From assembly GCA_041674405.1 (NCBI GenBank), contig JBAYVT010000003.1, positions 8,721 through 72,720 of the forward strand: a stretch of DNA of 64,000 bases, in the 5' to 3' direction. This DNA comes from Patescibacteria group bacterium (GTDB lineage Bacteria; Patescibacteriota; UBA1384; XYA2-FULL-43-10). The stretch's first letter is position 1. The number at the start of each line of letters is the position of its first letter. Position numbers and translations under genes: made by a program. Positions 55,643 to 64,000 of the stretch are shown one piece after another. The notes beneath the pieces were generated by a model, which saw only the letters and a list, made by a program, of their open reading frames with translations, made no database searches and had not been told where the DNA came from.

Positions 55643-57799
55643 TTAAATTAGCTCTGCTTGTTCTACATTTTCATCCACTACTACTTCTTCTTTAGCATCC
55701 TTTGTTTTTTTGATCTGAACAGTTTGTCTATCATCAAATTCCGCTCTTTTTCCTTCATTCCATTGTTTAATCGGGCGAATATATCCGACAATTCTGGCAT
55801 AAACTTCGTTTTCCGAACCGCACTTTTCACATTTCTCCACTCTGCCAGGAATATATCCATCTTTCGGGCAGACAGAAAACGTTGGGCTAATCGTAAAATA
55901 TGGCAACCGGTAATTTTCGCAAATGGTTTTAATTAGATTCTTCATTGCATTTAAGTCCTTGATTTCCTCACCCACAAACAGATGAACAACGGTTCCACCG
56001 GTATATTTGGTCTGTAGTTCATCTTGAAGATCGAGAATTTCAAAAATATCATTCGAATAATCAACTGGAAGCTGTGTAGAATTTGAGTAGTAAACTGGCA
56101 ATCCGAGCTCTTCGTGTTGGGCTTCATTTGCAACCATAATTTCGGGATAAAGCTCTTTATCTATACGCGCCAAACGATGAGACGTACCTTCGGCAGGAGT
56201 AGCTTCAAGATTGTAATTGTTGCCAGTTTCTTGCTGATATCCTGAAATTTTTTCACGCATATAATCCATTACCTCAAGAGCAAATTTCTGGCCTTCAGCC
56301 GTGGCAATGTCGCGACCGAGCAAATTCAAGATTGCCTCATTCATTCCAACCAATCCGATAGTTGAGAAGTGATTCGACCAATATTTGCCATCGCGCTTTT
56401 TGATATTTCTCAAATAAAACTTCGAATACGGATAAAGACCGGCATTTGTCATTTTCTCAAGCGCAGTCCGCTTCAATTCCAAACTTTCTTTGGCTAGATC
56501 CATAACATAGCTTAGATTATATAGAAATTCCCTCTTGTCACGCGAACGATAGCCAAGCCGAGGCAAGTTGATAGTGACGACGCCGATCGAACCAGTAAGA
56601 GGATTTGCACCAAAAAGACCGCCGCCTCGCTTCATAAGCTCGCGGTTGTCTAGTCGCAGACGGCAGCACATTGAGCGTGCGTCTTCCGGTTTCATGTCCG
56701 AATTGATGAAGTTAGAAAAATACGGAACGCCGTATTTGGCTGTCATTTTCCACAAGCCTTCGAGTTTCTTATTCTCCCAATCAAAGTCTGCTGTGATGTT
56801 GTAAGTCGGGATCGGAAAAGTAAAAATCCGTCCCTTAGCATCGCCCTCAGAAACAACCTCGGCAAATACTTCATTGAAAAGATCCATCTCAGCTTGAAAT
56901 TCCTTATAGGTTTCCTTTTGCGGCTTGCCTGCAACCATAACCGGCTGATCAGCAAGAGTGGAAGGCACGGTTAAATCGAGTGTGATGTTTGTGAAGGGTG
57001 TCTGAAAGCCAACCCTTGTCGGGACATTCATATTAAACATGAATGATTGCAAATCTTGTTTTAGCTCGGCTCTGCCAATTTTGTCATAGCGTATGAATGG
57101 AGCAAGCAAGGTATCAAAATTTGAAATTGCCTGTGCTCCCGCAGATTCACCCTGTAAGGTAAAAAAGAAATTAACCAGCTGGCCGAGGGCTGCCCGAAGA
57201 TGTTTGGCTGGCTTGCATTCGATTTTGCCTTCCACCCCCGAAAAACCGACCGCCAAAAGGTCCTGTAGATCCCAGCCGACGCAGTAAACCGAAAGTTTAT
57301 CGAGGTCATGAACGTGCATATCGCCTTCAGCCGCCGCGCGTTTGATTTCTTCAGGGTACACTTTGCCCAGCCAATAACCTTTGGAGATTTCTGAAGAAAT
57401 ATAGTTGTTAAGGCCCTGAAGCGAATAAGCCATGTTGGAATTTTCTTTCACCTGCCAGTCCAAATTACCGACATATTGTTCGACTAGGCCCACTTGTTCT
57501 TCAAGAGCTAACGCGCGAAGTTCGGCATGTTTTTGGCGATATATGATATAAGCCTTCGCAGTTTGGCGATATTTTGATGACAAGAGCACTTCTTCCACTA
57601 CATCTTGTATTTCCTCAACGGTGGGAATCTTTCGGCGAATTCTCTCCGGTGCAAGCTCGATTACCTTTTTCGCTAATTTCTTGGCCGCGTCTTCGCCAAA
57701 TTCTTCTGTTGCCTTGCCAGCTTTTGCGATTGCGCTCGCAATCTTGGCTTCAGTAAAATCAACGATTTTTCCGTCGCGTTTTCGAATCTTAGTAAACAT
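55643..57799 (-). CDS. nrdD: anaerobic ribonucleoside-triphosphate reductase (class III)
   Basis: It has an ATP-cone-like N-terminus, a C-terminal zinc ribbon (CPKDG...CEKCGS) and the glycyl-radical motif RIVGY. Confidence 0.9.
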   Translation of the reverse strand: MFTKIRKRDGKIVDFTEAKIASAIAKAGKATEEFGEDAAKKLAKKVIELAPERIRRKIPTVEEIQDVVEEVLLSSKYRQTAKAYIIYRQKHAELRALALEEQVGLVEQYVGNLDWQVKENSNMAYSLQGLNNYISSEISKGYWLGKVYPEEIKRAAAEGDMHVHDLDKLSVYCVGWDLQDLLAVGFSGVEGKIECKPAKHLRAALGQLVNFFFTLQGESAGAQAISNFDTLLAPFIRYDKIGRAELKQDLQSFMFNMNVPTRVGFQTPFTNITLDLTVPSTLADQPVMVAGKPQKETYKEFQAEMDLFNEVFAEVVSEGDAKGRIFTFPIPTYNITADFDWENKKLEGLWKMTAKYGVPYFSNFINSDMKPEDARSMCCRLRLDNRELMKRGGGLFGANPLTGSIGVVTINLPRLGYRSRDKREFLYNLSYVMDLAKESLELKRTALEKMTNAGLYPYSKFYLRNIKKRDGKYWSNHFSTIGLVGMNEAILNLLGRDIATAEGQKFALEVMDYMREKISGYQQETGNNYNLEATPAEGTSHRLARIDKELYPEIMVANEAQHEELGLPVYYSNSTQLPVDYSNDIFEILDLQDELQTKYTGGTVVHLFVGEEIKDLNAMKNLIKTICENYRLPYFTISPTFSVCPKDGYIPGRVEKCEKCGSENEVYARIVGYIRPIKQWNEGKRAEFDDRQTVQIKKTKDAKEEVVVDENVEQAELI

Positions 57800-58075
57800 C
57801 CCTTCGGCCCTCCATTCTAGTGATCAATATATGCAAATTTGTATTCGGTAATTTACAATATACACCCTTTTTGCCATCGTTCAAAGCCTTAACATACTAC
57901 ATGTAGTGTTTATGCTTAGTTCGGTTTTTGTTTGCTATTGTTTGGCGCTTCTAAATTAGGTTTTTTGATTTTTTTAACATAATATGGGTTATTACCGACT
58001 GAAAAATTAGCTCGACCATCAATGTATAAGATTTACATTGTAGCCCAACCCCAACGCTGATACAATCAAAGCGAA

Positions 58076-58681
58076 ATGCTAAAAAATATCATTGTAAAAA
58101 TATTGTTGGCTGCAATCGTCGTTTCTGTGGTAAGCGTCGGTGCTTACTATTTTTTTGGCAGAAACACAAAAGCCGATGACAAGACTGCTGTTACGATTAG
58201 TGACCAACCGCTTGTAGCCGGAGTAACAAATTCAAATCCTGACAACCAATCCGAAGGAAAAATGACTTTGGAAATCCCTGATCTTAAAATAACAGCACCA
58301 ATTGTTTTAAATGTTGATGGCAACAATAAAGAAAGTTATATGAAAGCGTTGGAGGGAGGCATCGCCCACATGAAGGGCACAGCCCTTCCAGGTAATTCTG
58401 GTAATAGTGTGATTTTTGGCCACTCGAGCTATTATGAAGATCAGCCAGGAAATTATAAGTCAATCTTTGCCACCCTTAATAATTTGAGCATCGGAGACCC
58501 AATAACCGTCGAGAAGCAAGGTGGAAATCTAAATTTTATAGTATTCAACAAACAAATTGTTGATCCGGATGATGTCAACGTGGTAAACCAAAATTATAGT
58601 AAAAAAGAATTAACCCTTATTACTTGCTGGCCAATAAATACAACAAAACAAAGATTAATTGTCTCCGCAGAATTAAAATAG
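58076..58681 (+). CDS. sortase-family transpeptidase
   Basis: It has an N-terminal TM, a His (IFGHSS) and the LTLITC catalytic Cys motif. Confidence 0.7.
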   Translation: MLKNIIVKILLAAIVVSVVSVGAYYFFGRNTKADDKTAVTISDQPLVAGVTNSNPDNQSEGKMTLEIPDLKITAPIVLNVDGNNKESYMKALEGGIAHMKGTALPGNSGNSVIFGHSSYYEDQPGNYKSIFATLNNLSIGDPITVEKQGGNLNFIVFNKQIVDPDDVNVVNQNYSKKELTLITCWPINTTKQRLIVSAELK

Positions 58682-58691
58682 CCGTTAGCTG

Positions 58692-60149
58692 CTAGCTTTT
58701 ATTTACAATCATAGTACTCGTTCCAACATTTCCTACGGGATCATAAGCTTTTATTACTAAATTATAACTGCCGTTTGGCGTGCCGCTTCTGAGCCAAATC
58801 CTTTCGATACTGCTGGAATCTTCGCTTGCAACAAGAGAATCATTAACATATATTTCCATTTTCACAACTGCCACATTATCTGTGGCTGAAGCTAAAATAT
58901 GCAAATTATCCTCCGTCCAGTTCACTGGTGATGACAAGGGATCAGAAATAGTCACTACCGGTTTTTCCGAATCGGTTTCGGCATTATTCACGTTTACGCT
59001 TTCAGAAACTTCAACCGACTGATTGGAATCAAAGGCTTTTGCCTTTATGGCGTGAGTTCCGTTTGAATAACTCCGAGTCTCCCATGCCCAGCTGTATGGC
59101 GCAGACATAATTGTTGCAGTTTTTGCACCATCAACATATATCTCAACTCTGGTCACAGCAATGTTATCGCTTGCATTTATAACAATGCTTGTAACCGCAG
59201 AAACATTTGAGCCGTCCTGGGGCGAAGAGATTGCCACAGAAGGAGGTGTTGTATCTTCTTCCGGCGGCGCAGATGACATCCCTGAAAGCCAAGTCTTAAC
59301 CCACCCCGATGGGTAGCCGTAAGTTCCGCTCATTGCGTGATAACCATAACCAGAAAAGAGGTAGGAATAATCTTCAGCCACGATTTCAACATCGCAATTC
59401 CCCCAACCTAGCGAGTAATCCGGAGCAGTGGACGAAAGGCTTAGGGGACGAGATGAATAATATTGCGATGGCCAACGCTCCCCTGTTGGAATATTATTGT
59501 CCACCCAACGATGGTAAAGCGTGTAATGATGCCCGTATTCATGAGAAAAAACCAACTTCATATAATCTGCAAAATAAGGAGAACTTTTGTACGAATAAAC
59601 ATTTAAAGTAATCCAGCCAAAAGCTTTGGTAATTTTGCCGTCAGAATTAGAGATGTAACTGCCGGTGTATAAACCGCCATAACCGCAGTTGGAACAATCG
59701 ACGATTCTAAGCTCGTACATGTATGAAATATCCGAGCCTGACCAAAGCAAACTATTTTTTAAATAACTTTTTATTGTTTCGCCCAAAGCAGGATAATTTC
59801 CTGTCGTGTCATTATAGTAAATATTCGAAACAGGACCTTCACCCGCATATTTTTGCAAAGTATTTATGTCTTCCGGTGAAATGGTGCCTTCGGAAACCAC
59901 AGTCGCTTTTCCAGCCGAAGTTGAGACAGACGATCTTGTCGATCCTTTTGAGGCATGCTTTGGTGGATTACTCTTAACTGCTTCTGGTGCATCTGATTGT
60001 ATTACCAAAGTCGGGTTTTCATCACCTTTTTGAGATTCGGGCGAAGGCACAGCAGCAGTATTTGTATTACTTACAATTTGCGGATGGTTTTTAACATAAG
60101 CAAACACACCGACCCCGGTTAACAAAACAAAAATTAGCCCGACTGACAA
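58692..60149 (-). CDS. secreted or membrane-anchored zinc metallopeptidase (HEXXH) with C-terminal Ig-like domains
   Basis: It has an N-terminal TM, HEYGHH, and two C-terminal Big-like beta-sandwich repeats (VTRVEIYVDG and VVKMEIYVND). Confidence 0.5.
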   Translation of the reverse strand: MSVGLIFVLLTGVGVFAYVKNHPQIVSNTNTAAVPSPESQKGDENPTLVIQSDAPEAVKSNPPKHASKGSTRSSVSTSAGKATVVSEGTISPEDINTLQKYAGEGPVSNIYYNDTTGNYPALGETIKSYLKNSLLWSGSDISYMYELRIVDCSNCGYGGLYTGSYISNSDGKITKAFGWITLNVYSYKSSPYFADYMKLVFSHEYGHHYTLYHRWVDNNIPTGERWPSQYYSSRPLSLSSTAPDYSLGWGNCDVEIVAEDYSYLFSGYGYHAMSGTYGYPSGWVKTWLSGMSSAPPEEDTTPPSVAISSPQDGSNVSAVTSIVINASDNIAVTRVEIYVDGAKTATIMSAPYSWAWETRSYSNGTHAIKAKAFDSNQSVEVSESVNVNNAETDSEKPVVTISDPLSSPVNWTEDNLHILASATDNVAVVKMEIYVNDSLVASEDSSSIERIWLRSGTPNGSYNLVIKAYDPVGNVGTSTMIVNKS

Positions 60150-60243
60150 AACCGGAGGAATACGCCTTATATGCTTCCAAAATTTATGGTCTTCTTCGAA
60201 AATTTAACCCTCCTTGCTAACCCAAACAGAATTTTTCACAAAA

Positions 60244-60519
60244 CTAACCTGAAAATATTTTCTTACGCGAATTGCGCTCTTTTTCTAGAATAATTTTTTT
60301 TAGGCTTAGGCCCTTGTTGTATCCGCCGACGCTTCCGTCTGCGCGAATCACTCGATGACACGGAATGTTTTTATCGTGATTTTTATGCAAAATATTGCCG
60401 ACAGCACGATATGCGTTAGGATTGCCAGCCCTTTCCGCCACCTCTTTGTAACTTAGCGTGTCGCCACATGGAATTTTTGCCACTACAGCAAAAACTCGAT
60501 CTTTAAAACTACAGGACAT
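60244..60519 (-). CDS. ogt: methylated-DNA--protein-cysteine methyltransferase, stand-alone C-terminal catalytic domain
   Basis: It has the PCHRV active-site motif and a wHTH. The product is only 91 aa. Confidence 0.75.
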   Translation of the reverse strand: MSCSFKDRVFAVVAKIPCGDTLSYKEVAERAGNPNAYRAVGNILHKNHDKNIPCHRVIRADGSVGGYNKGLSLKKIILEKERNSRKKIFSG

Positions 60520-60626
60520 AACTACATTATAATGTATATGAAAACTAATATGAATTTAATGCCCATCACTTTACAAATTTATTCCTTTAGATTATACTTT
60601 TGTTCCAATAAAGTAATCGCAATCCT

Positions 60627-62621
60627 ATGCGGAAAAACATATCATTAGCAGAGAGATATGAACTGGAGATCCCGCAATATCCATATTTCATTGCAGGAAT
60701 ATGTGTTGTATTGGTACTCGGAACTTTGTACTTTTTAAAACAATATAACTTCAATCTATTCCATAGTTTTGCAGAGGGTTTTGCTATTACAGTGGGCATT
60801 ACTATTTTCTTTGCAATATGGAACTCATCACGCCTTCTTAAAAATAATTTCTACTTCGTAGCAGGTGTATCTTTCATCTTTGTTGCGTTATTCCGATTTT
60901 TGCATGCCCTGGCCTACAAGGGGGTGGGGCAATTTTATTTCCCCTCGTTCGACCCATCGAATTTGGCGACACAGCTTTGGATCGCCGGGAGTTTATTTCA
61001 GTCCTTATCTTTTCTAGCAGCAACGTTCTTTGTGAGGAAGCGAGCAACCCACTGGCTCACATTTTTGATTTACTCTTTTGCTTCTGTTGCAATAGTGCTT
61101 TCAATTTTCTATTTCAGAGTATTCCCGGCTTCATTTATCGCAGGCAAAGGATTAACTGAATTCAAAATTATTTCTGAATATATGATATGCGGGGTGTATT
61201 TGGCAGCAATTGCTATACTTCTGGGCAGAAAAAAGGAATTTGATTATTCAATCTTACGCCTCACTATTGTCTCGATAATCTTTTTAATAATGTCCGAACT
61301 ATCTTTCACTCTGTATACTGACCCTTTCGGATTTTCTAATATGATCGGGCATTTTTTTGCTATTTTTGCATATTACCTTTTCTACAGAACGCTCGTCGTG
61401 TCAATAATTTATCGACCGCAACGAATTATTTTTCGCGATTATGTCAATAACCAAGAAAAACTCTTGGAAAACCAGGACAAGCTACGGGAATATGCTAGGC
61501 AGCTCCAACTTGAGAAAAATGAAGATGAAGCCCTTCTTTCGAGTATCGGGGACGGAGTCGTTGCCACAGACAACTGCGGAAGAATCATGTTTGCAAACCG
61601 AGCTTTTTCTGATCTTTTCGATCTTGCGAATACAGAATTAATAAACCGGAATCTTGATTCTGTGGTCCCACTTGTCGATGACGGAGGGCGAAAAGTGCCT
61701 ATTGAAAAACGCCCGCTTGGCTTGATTTTGTATTCGATGAAAAACACACAAAAAATCATGAAAACGGATCAATTTTCATTTAAAAGAAAAGACAAAGTTA
61801 TCATCAGGCTTCTGATTACCGCCTCCCCTATTATTAATAAGGGCAGAATTACCGGGGTCATCGGAATTTATCGAGACATAACAAAGGAAAAAGATTTGGA
61901 GAGAACAAAATCTGAATTAATCTCATTCGCTGCCCATCAACTCCGCACCCCCCTAACAACTCTCGGATTAACCACCGAACTTCTATATTCCGGAAAGAAA
62001 AAAATTGATAAAGAAACGCGGGAAAATTTAAATTATTTAAAACAAGACATCGACAGTATGGCACACCTTGTAAACACTTTTTTAAATGTTTCACGGGTAG
62101 AAACCGGAAGATTGAAGATCAACCCAGAACTTGATGATGTGAAGCTAATGATAAAAGAAATGGTTAATAGGGCCAAAAAAGTTGCCAAACAAAAAGAAAT
62201 CACGATTATTGAAACGTACGCCAACCATATGCCTTATATTAAAGTCGACCAAAACATCTTCAATACCATTATTGAAAACCTTTTGATGAACTCTATAAAA
62301 TACACTCCCGAAAATGGACAAGTAGTTGTCAAAGCAACCACCTTGCCAAAAAACTTATTGGTAGAAATTGTCGATTCAGGACCAGGGATTCCTGCTTCGG
62401 AGCATGGAAAAGTTTTTGACTCAATGTTCAGGGGCAGTACTTCTCACGGCGCAGAGGGCTTAGGATTGGGACTCTATATCGTGCGGTCCATGATAAAACA
62501 ATGCGGCGGAAAAGTATGGTTTGAATCACCTTCTCCCTACCACATCAATTCCGATATTATAGGCACAACATTCTATTTTTCGCTCCCACTCACCGGAATG
62601 AAACAACAAAAAATGAAATGA
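60627..62621 (+). CDS. sensor histidine kinase (multi-TM sensor, PAS, HisKA, HATPase_c)
   Basis: It has about 8 TM segments, the H-box FAAHQLRTPLT, and N/G1/G2 boxes (DSGPGI, GLGLGL). Confidence 0.8.
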   Translation: MRKNISLAERYELEIPQYPYFIAGICVVLVLGTLYFLKQYNFNLFHSFAEGFAITVGITIFFAIWNSSRLLKNNFYFVAGVSFIFVALFRFLHALAYKGVGQFYFPSFDPSNLATQLWIAGSLFQSLSFLAATFFVRKRATHWLTFLIYSFASVAIVLSIFYFRVFPASFIAGKGLTEFKIISEYMICGVYLAAIAILLGRKKEFDYSILRLTIVSIIFLIMSELSFTLYTDPFGFSNMIGHFFAIFAYYLFYRTLVVSIIYRPQRIIFRDYVNNQEKLLENQDKLREYARQLQLEKNEDEALLSSIGDGVVATDNCGRIMFANRAFSDLFDLANTELINRNLDSVVPLVDDGGRKVPIEKRPLGLILYSMKNTQKIMKTDQFSFKRKDKVIIRLLITASPIINKGRITGVIGIYRDITKEKDLERTKSELISFAAHQLRTPLTTLGLTTELLYSGKKKIDKETRENLNYLKQDIDSMAHLVNTFLNVSRVETGRLKINPELDDVKLMIKEMVNRAKKVAKQKEITIIETYANHMPYIKVDQNIFNTIIENLLMNSIKYTPENGQVVVKATTLPKNLLVEIVDSGPGIPASEHGKVFDSMFRGSTSHGAEGLGLGLYIVRSMIKQCGGKVWFESPSPYHINSDIIGTTFYFSLPLTGMKQQKMK

Positions 62622-62759
62622 TAATTTTTTAATGAAATATTCATAAAATGAATATTATGATAATAGATATGTAAAAAGTAAAAATTTAGAAGCGAAAAAG
62701 CCAAGAGAATAATTTAATTGGTTGTTTGTTGTTAATTTTAGCTTATTAGTTGAAAAATC

Positions 62760-63437
62760 ATGAGAATACTGATTGTAGAAGATGAACATCGGCTCGCCAA
62801 CGTTATCAAAAAAGGTCTCGTAGAAGAGGGCTACGCTGTTGATGTTTCTTACGACGGAAAAGATGGGCTTTATATGTCCGAATTAAATCAGAATGAATAC
62901 GACACAATTATTCTTGATATTAATCTTCCCAAGATTGATGGCTTCACATTGTGTAAACGTTTGCGTGACCAGCACATCGATACGCCGGTTCTTATTCTAT
63001 CCGCTATAGCCAACCTTGATGACAAGGTAAAGGGCCTCGATTGCGGAGCTGACGATTATCTTACCAAACCATTTGCGTTTAAAGAGCTAAATTCAAGAAT
63101 CCATGCCCTTATTCGCCGAAGCAAACATGAAAGCTCACCAACTTTAAAGATTGCCGATCTTGAGCTTGATCCGATCTCACATTCAGTAAAAAGACAGAGC
63201 AAAAATATCAAATTAACCCCAAAGGAATTTTCAATTTTAGAATATCTGATGAGACACAAAGACTCAGTCGTAACCAGAAGTACTCTGATAGAACATGTTT
63301 GGGATTATAACTACGATGGTATTAGCAATATTGTGGATGTGTTTGTCGCTGCAGTAAGAAAAAAAATCGACAAGGACTCAAATCCCAAACTAATCCACAC
63401 TCTCCATGGAGTTGGCTACAAAATTTCAGAAGAATGA
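62760..63437 (+). CDS. OmpR-family response regulator
   Basis: The receiver domain (DD...D...K) is followed by a winged-helix output domain (HTLHGVGYK). Confidence 0.9.
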   Translation: MRILIVEDEHRLANVIKKGLVEEGYAVDVSYDGKDGLYMSELNQNEYDTIILDINLPKIDGFTLCKRLRDQHIDTPVLILSAIANLDDKVKGLDCGADDYLTKPFAFKELNSRIHALIRRSKHESSPTLKIADLELDPISHSVKRQSKNIKLTPKEFSILEYLMRHKDSVVTRSTLIEHVWDYNYDGISNIVDVFVAAVRKKIDKDSNPKLIHTLHGVGYKISEE

Positions 63438-63544
63438 TTGTAAACATTGAAAAGAATGCAGAACGAACTCTCAAGAATATAATAAATCGGTATTTCCAAT
63501 TTTGGCTATTATGAAACATTTGGTTTCATTCAATCCCAACATGG

Positions 63545-63564
63545 TGAGCGCGGCTCATTTTTTT
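63545..63564 (+). terminator. rho-independent terminator after the response regulator gene
   Basis: tgagc-gcg-gctca is followed by TTTTTTT. Confidence 0.5.
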
Positions 63565-63713
63565 AATATTGTGGTTTGTTCTAAAAATATCTCTTCCCGG
63601 ACTTGTAATTTGCTACAAAATTAAAGATTTCTTAATATTTTTTTAATCTTTGCTTCACAGATGATTGTTTATGCTGTTCTTGCAGAATCAAATTTTTAAA
63701 AAAAGGAGTTAAA

Positions 63714-64000
63714 ATGCCGACTCAAACATTACGGAGAGAAAACAAAAATTTGAGCAGTTTCATGGGTCGATTCAAACAATCGGAATATGAAACTGCGGCC
63801 AAAAAGGAAAATGCTGAAGAAGTGCACAAAAAAGCCAGCGATAATTACGATTTTGGCGACCACATCTTTACTGAAATGGTCGACCATTTCAGTAAAGACA
63901 ATATTTACGCATACAAAAGTGCAATTTCCGTGATGGGTTATAACCTGGATTCTAAAAGGATGGCAATATTGGTGCAACTATCGGGCTTTCGCGACTATGT
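63714..64000 (+). CDS. hypothetical protein, 3'-truncated at the window edge
   Basis: The RBS AAGGAG lies 7 nt upstream of the ATG. The frame is open to the end of the window. The antisense track ORF 63729..63977 is probably spurious. Confidence 0.4.
   Translation, partial: MPTQTLRRENKNLSSFMGRFKQSEYETAAKKENAEEVHKKASDNYDFGDHIFTEMVDHFSKDNIYAYKSAISVMGYNLDSKRMAILVQLSGFRDY

Noticed and set aside
63729-63977. The 82-aa minus-strand ORF at the window end.
   Set aside because: The plus-strand ORF starting at 63714 has a strong AAGGAG RBS and follows a terminator. The minus-strand ORF is its antisense shadow.

Overview
This 64 kb window is an AT-rich (about 35% GC), gene-dense chromosomal segment from a small-genome bacterium. 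Its gene content suggests a CPR/Patescibacteria-like organism (inference). Most genes are housekeeping: DNA repair (uvrA, uvrB, nfo, ogt-like, dinB-like, priA), translation (rplY, rpsP, a KH protein, trmD, rplT, rpmI, infC, lepA, der, tilS, an apparent def-fmt fusion), envelope functions (lepB, lgt, lspA, murJ, ftsH, an L,D-transpeptidase, a sortase), anaerobic ribonucleotide reduction (nrdDG), and a two-component system. There are four tRNAs: tRNA-Lys(UUU) and three CAU-anticodon tRNAs, one of them initiator-like and one next to tilS. I found no rRNA, CRISPR array, transposase or integrase. Several layers of non-genic structure stand out. (1) A family of 42-46 bp long-stem palindromic hairpins with a CGATCG/CGACCG core sits upstream of at least five minus-strand genes; one copy overlaps the start of a winged-helix regulator that carries a Cas2-like/PaaX-like domain, which suggests a regulon. 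(2) Tiny GC-rich double-hairpin cassettes (CCC-N3-GGG repeated twice) are flanked by 8-14 bp direct duplications; two of them sit in-frame inside trmD and a MiaB-family gene. (3) CTA(G)-centred tracts with 7-bp periodicity occur in several intergenic leaders, and a (GAAATTG)x4 heptamer run lies inside nrdG. (4) Three short GC-rich (52-58% GC) single-gene islets each carry their own terminator; one is next to tRNA-Lys and one encodes a PyrD-like protein. (5) A SipW-type signal peptidase is clustered with TasA/camelysin-like proteins and a lamin-tail-domain protein that carry SipW-cognate signal peptides, next to a large FN3-repeat surface protein.
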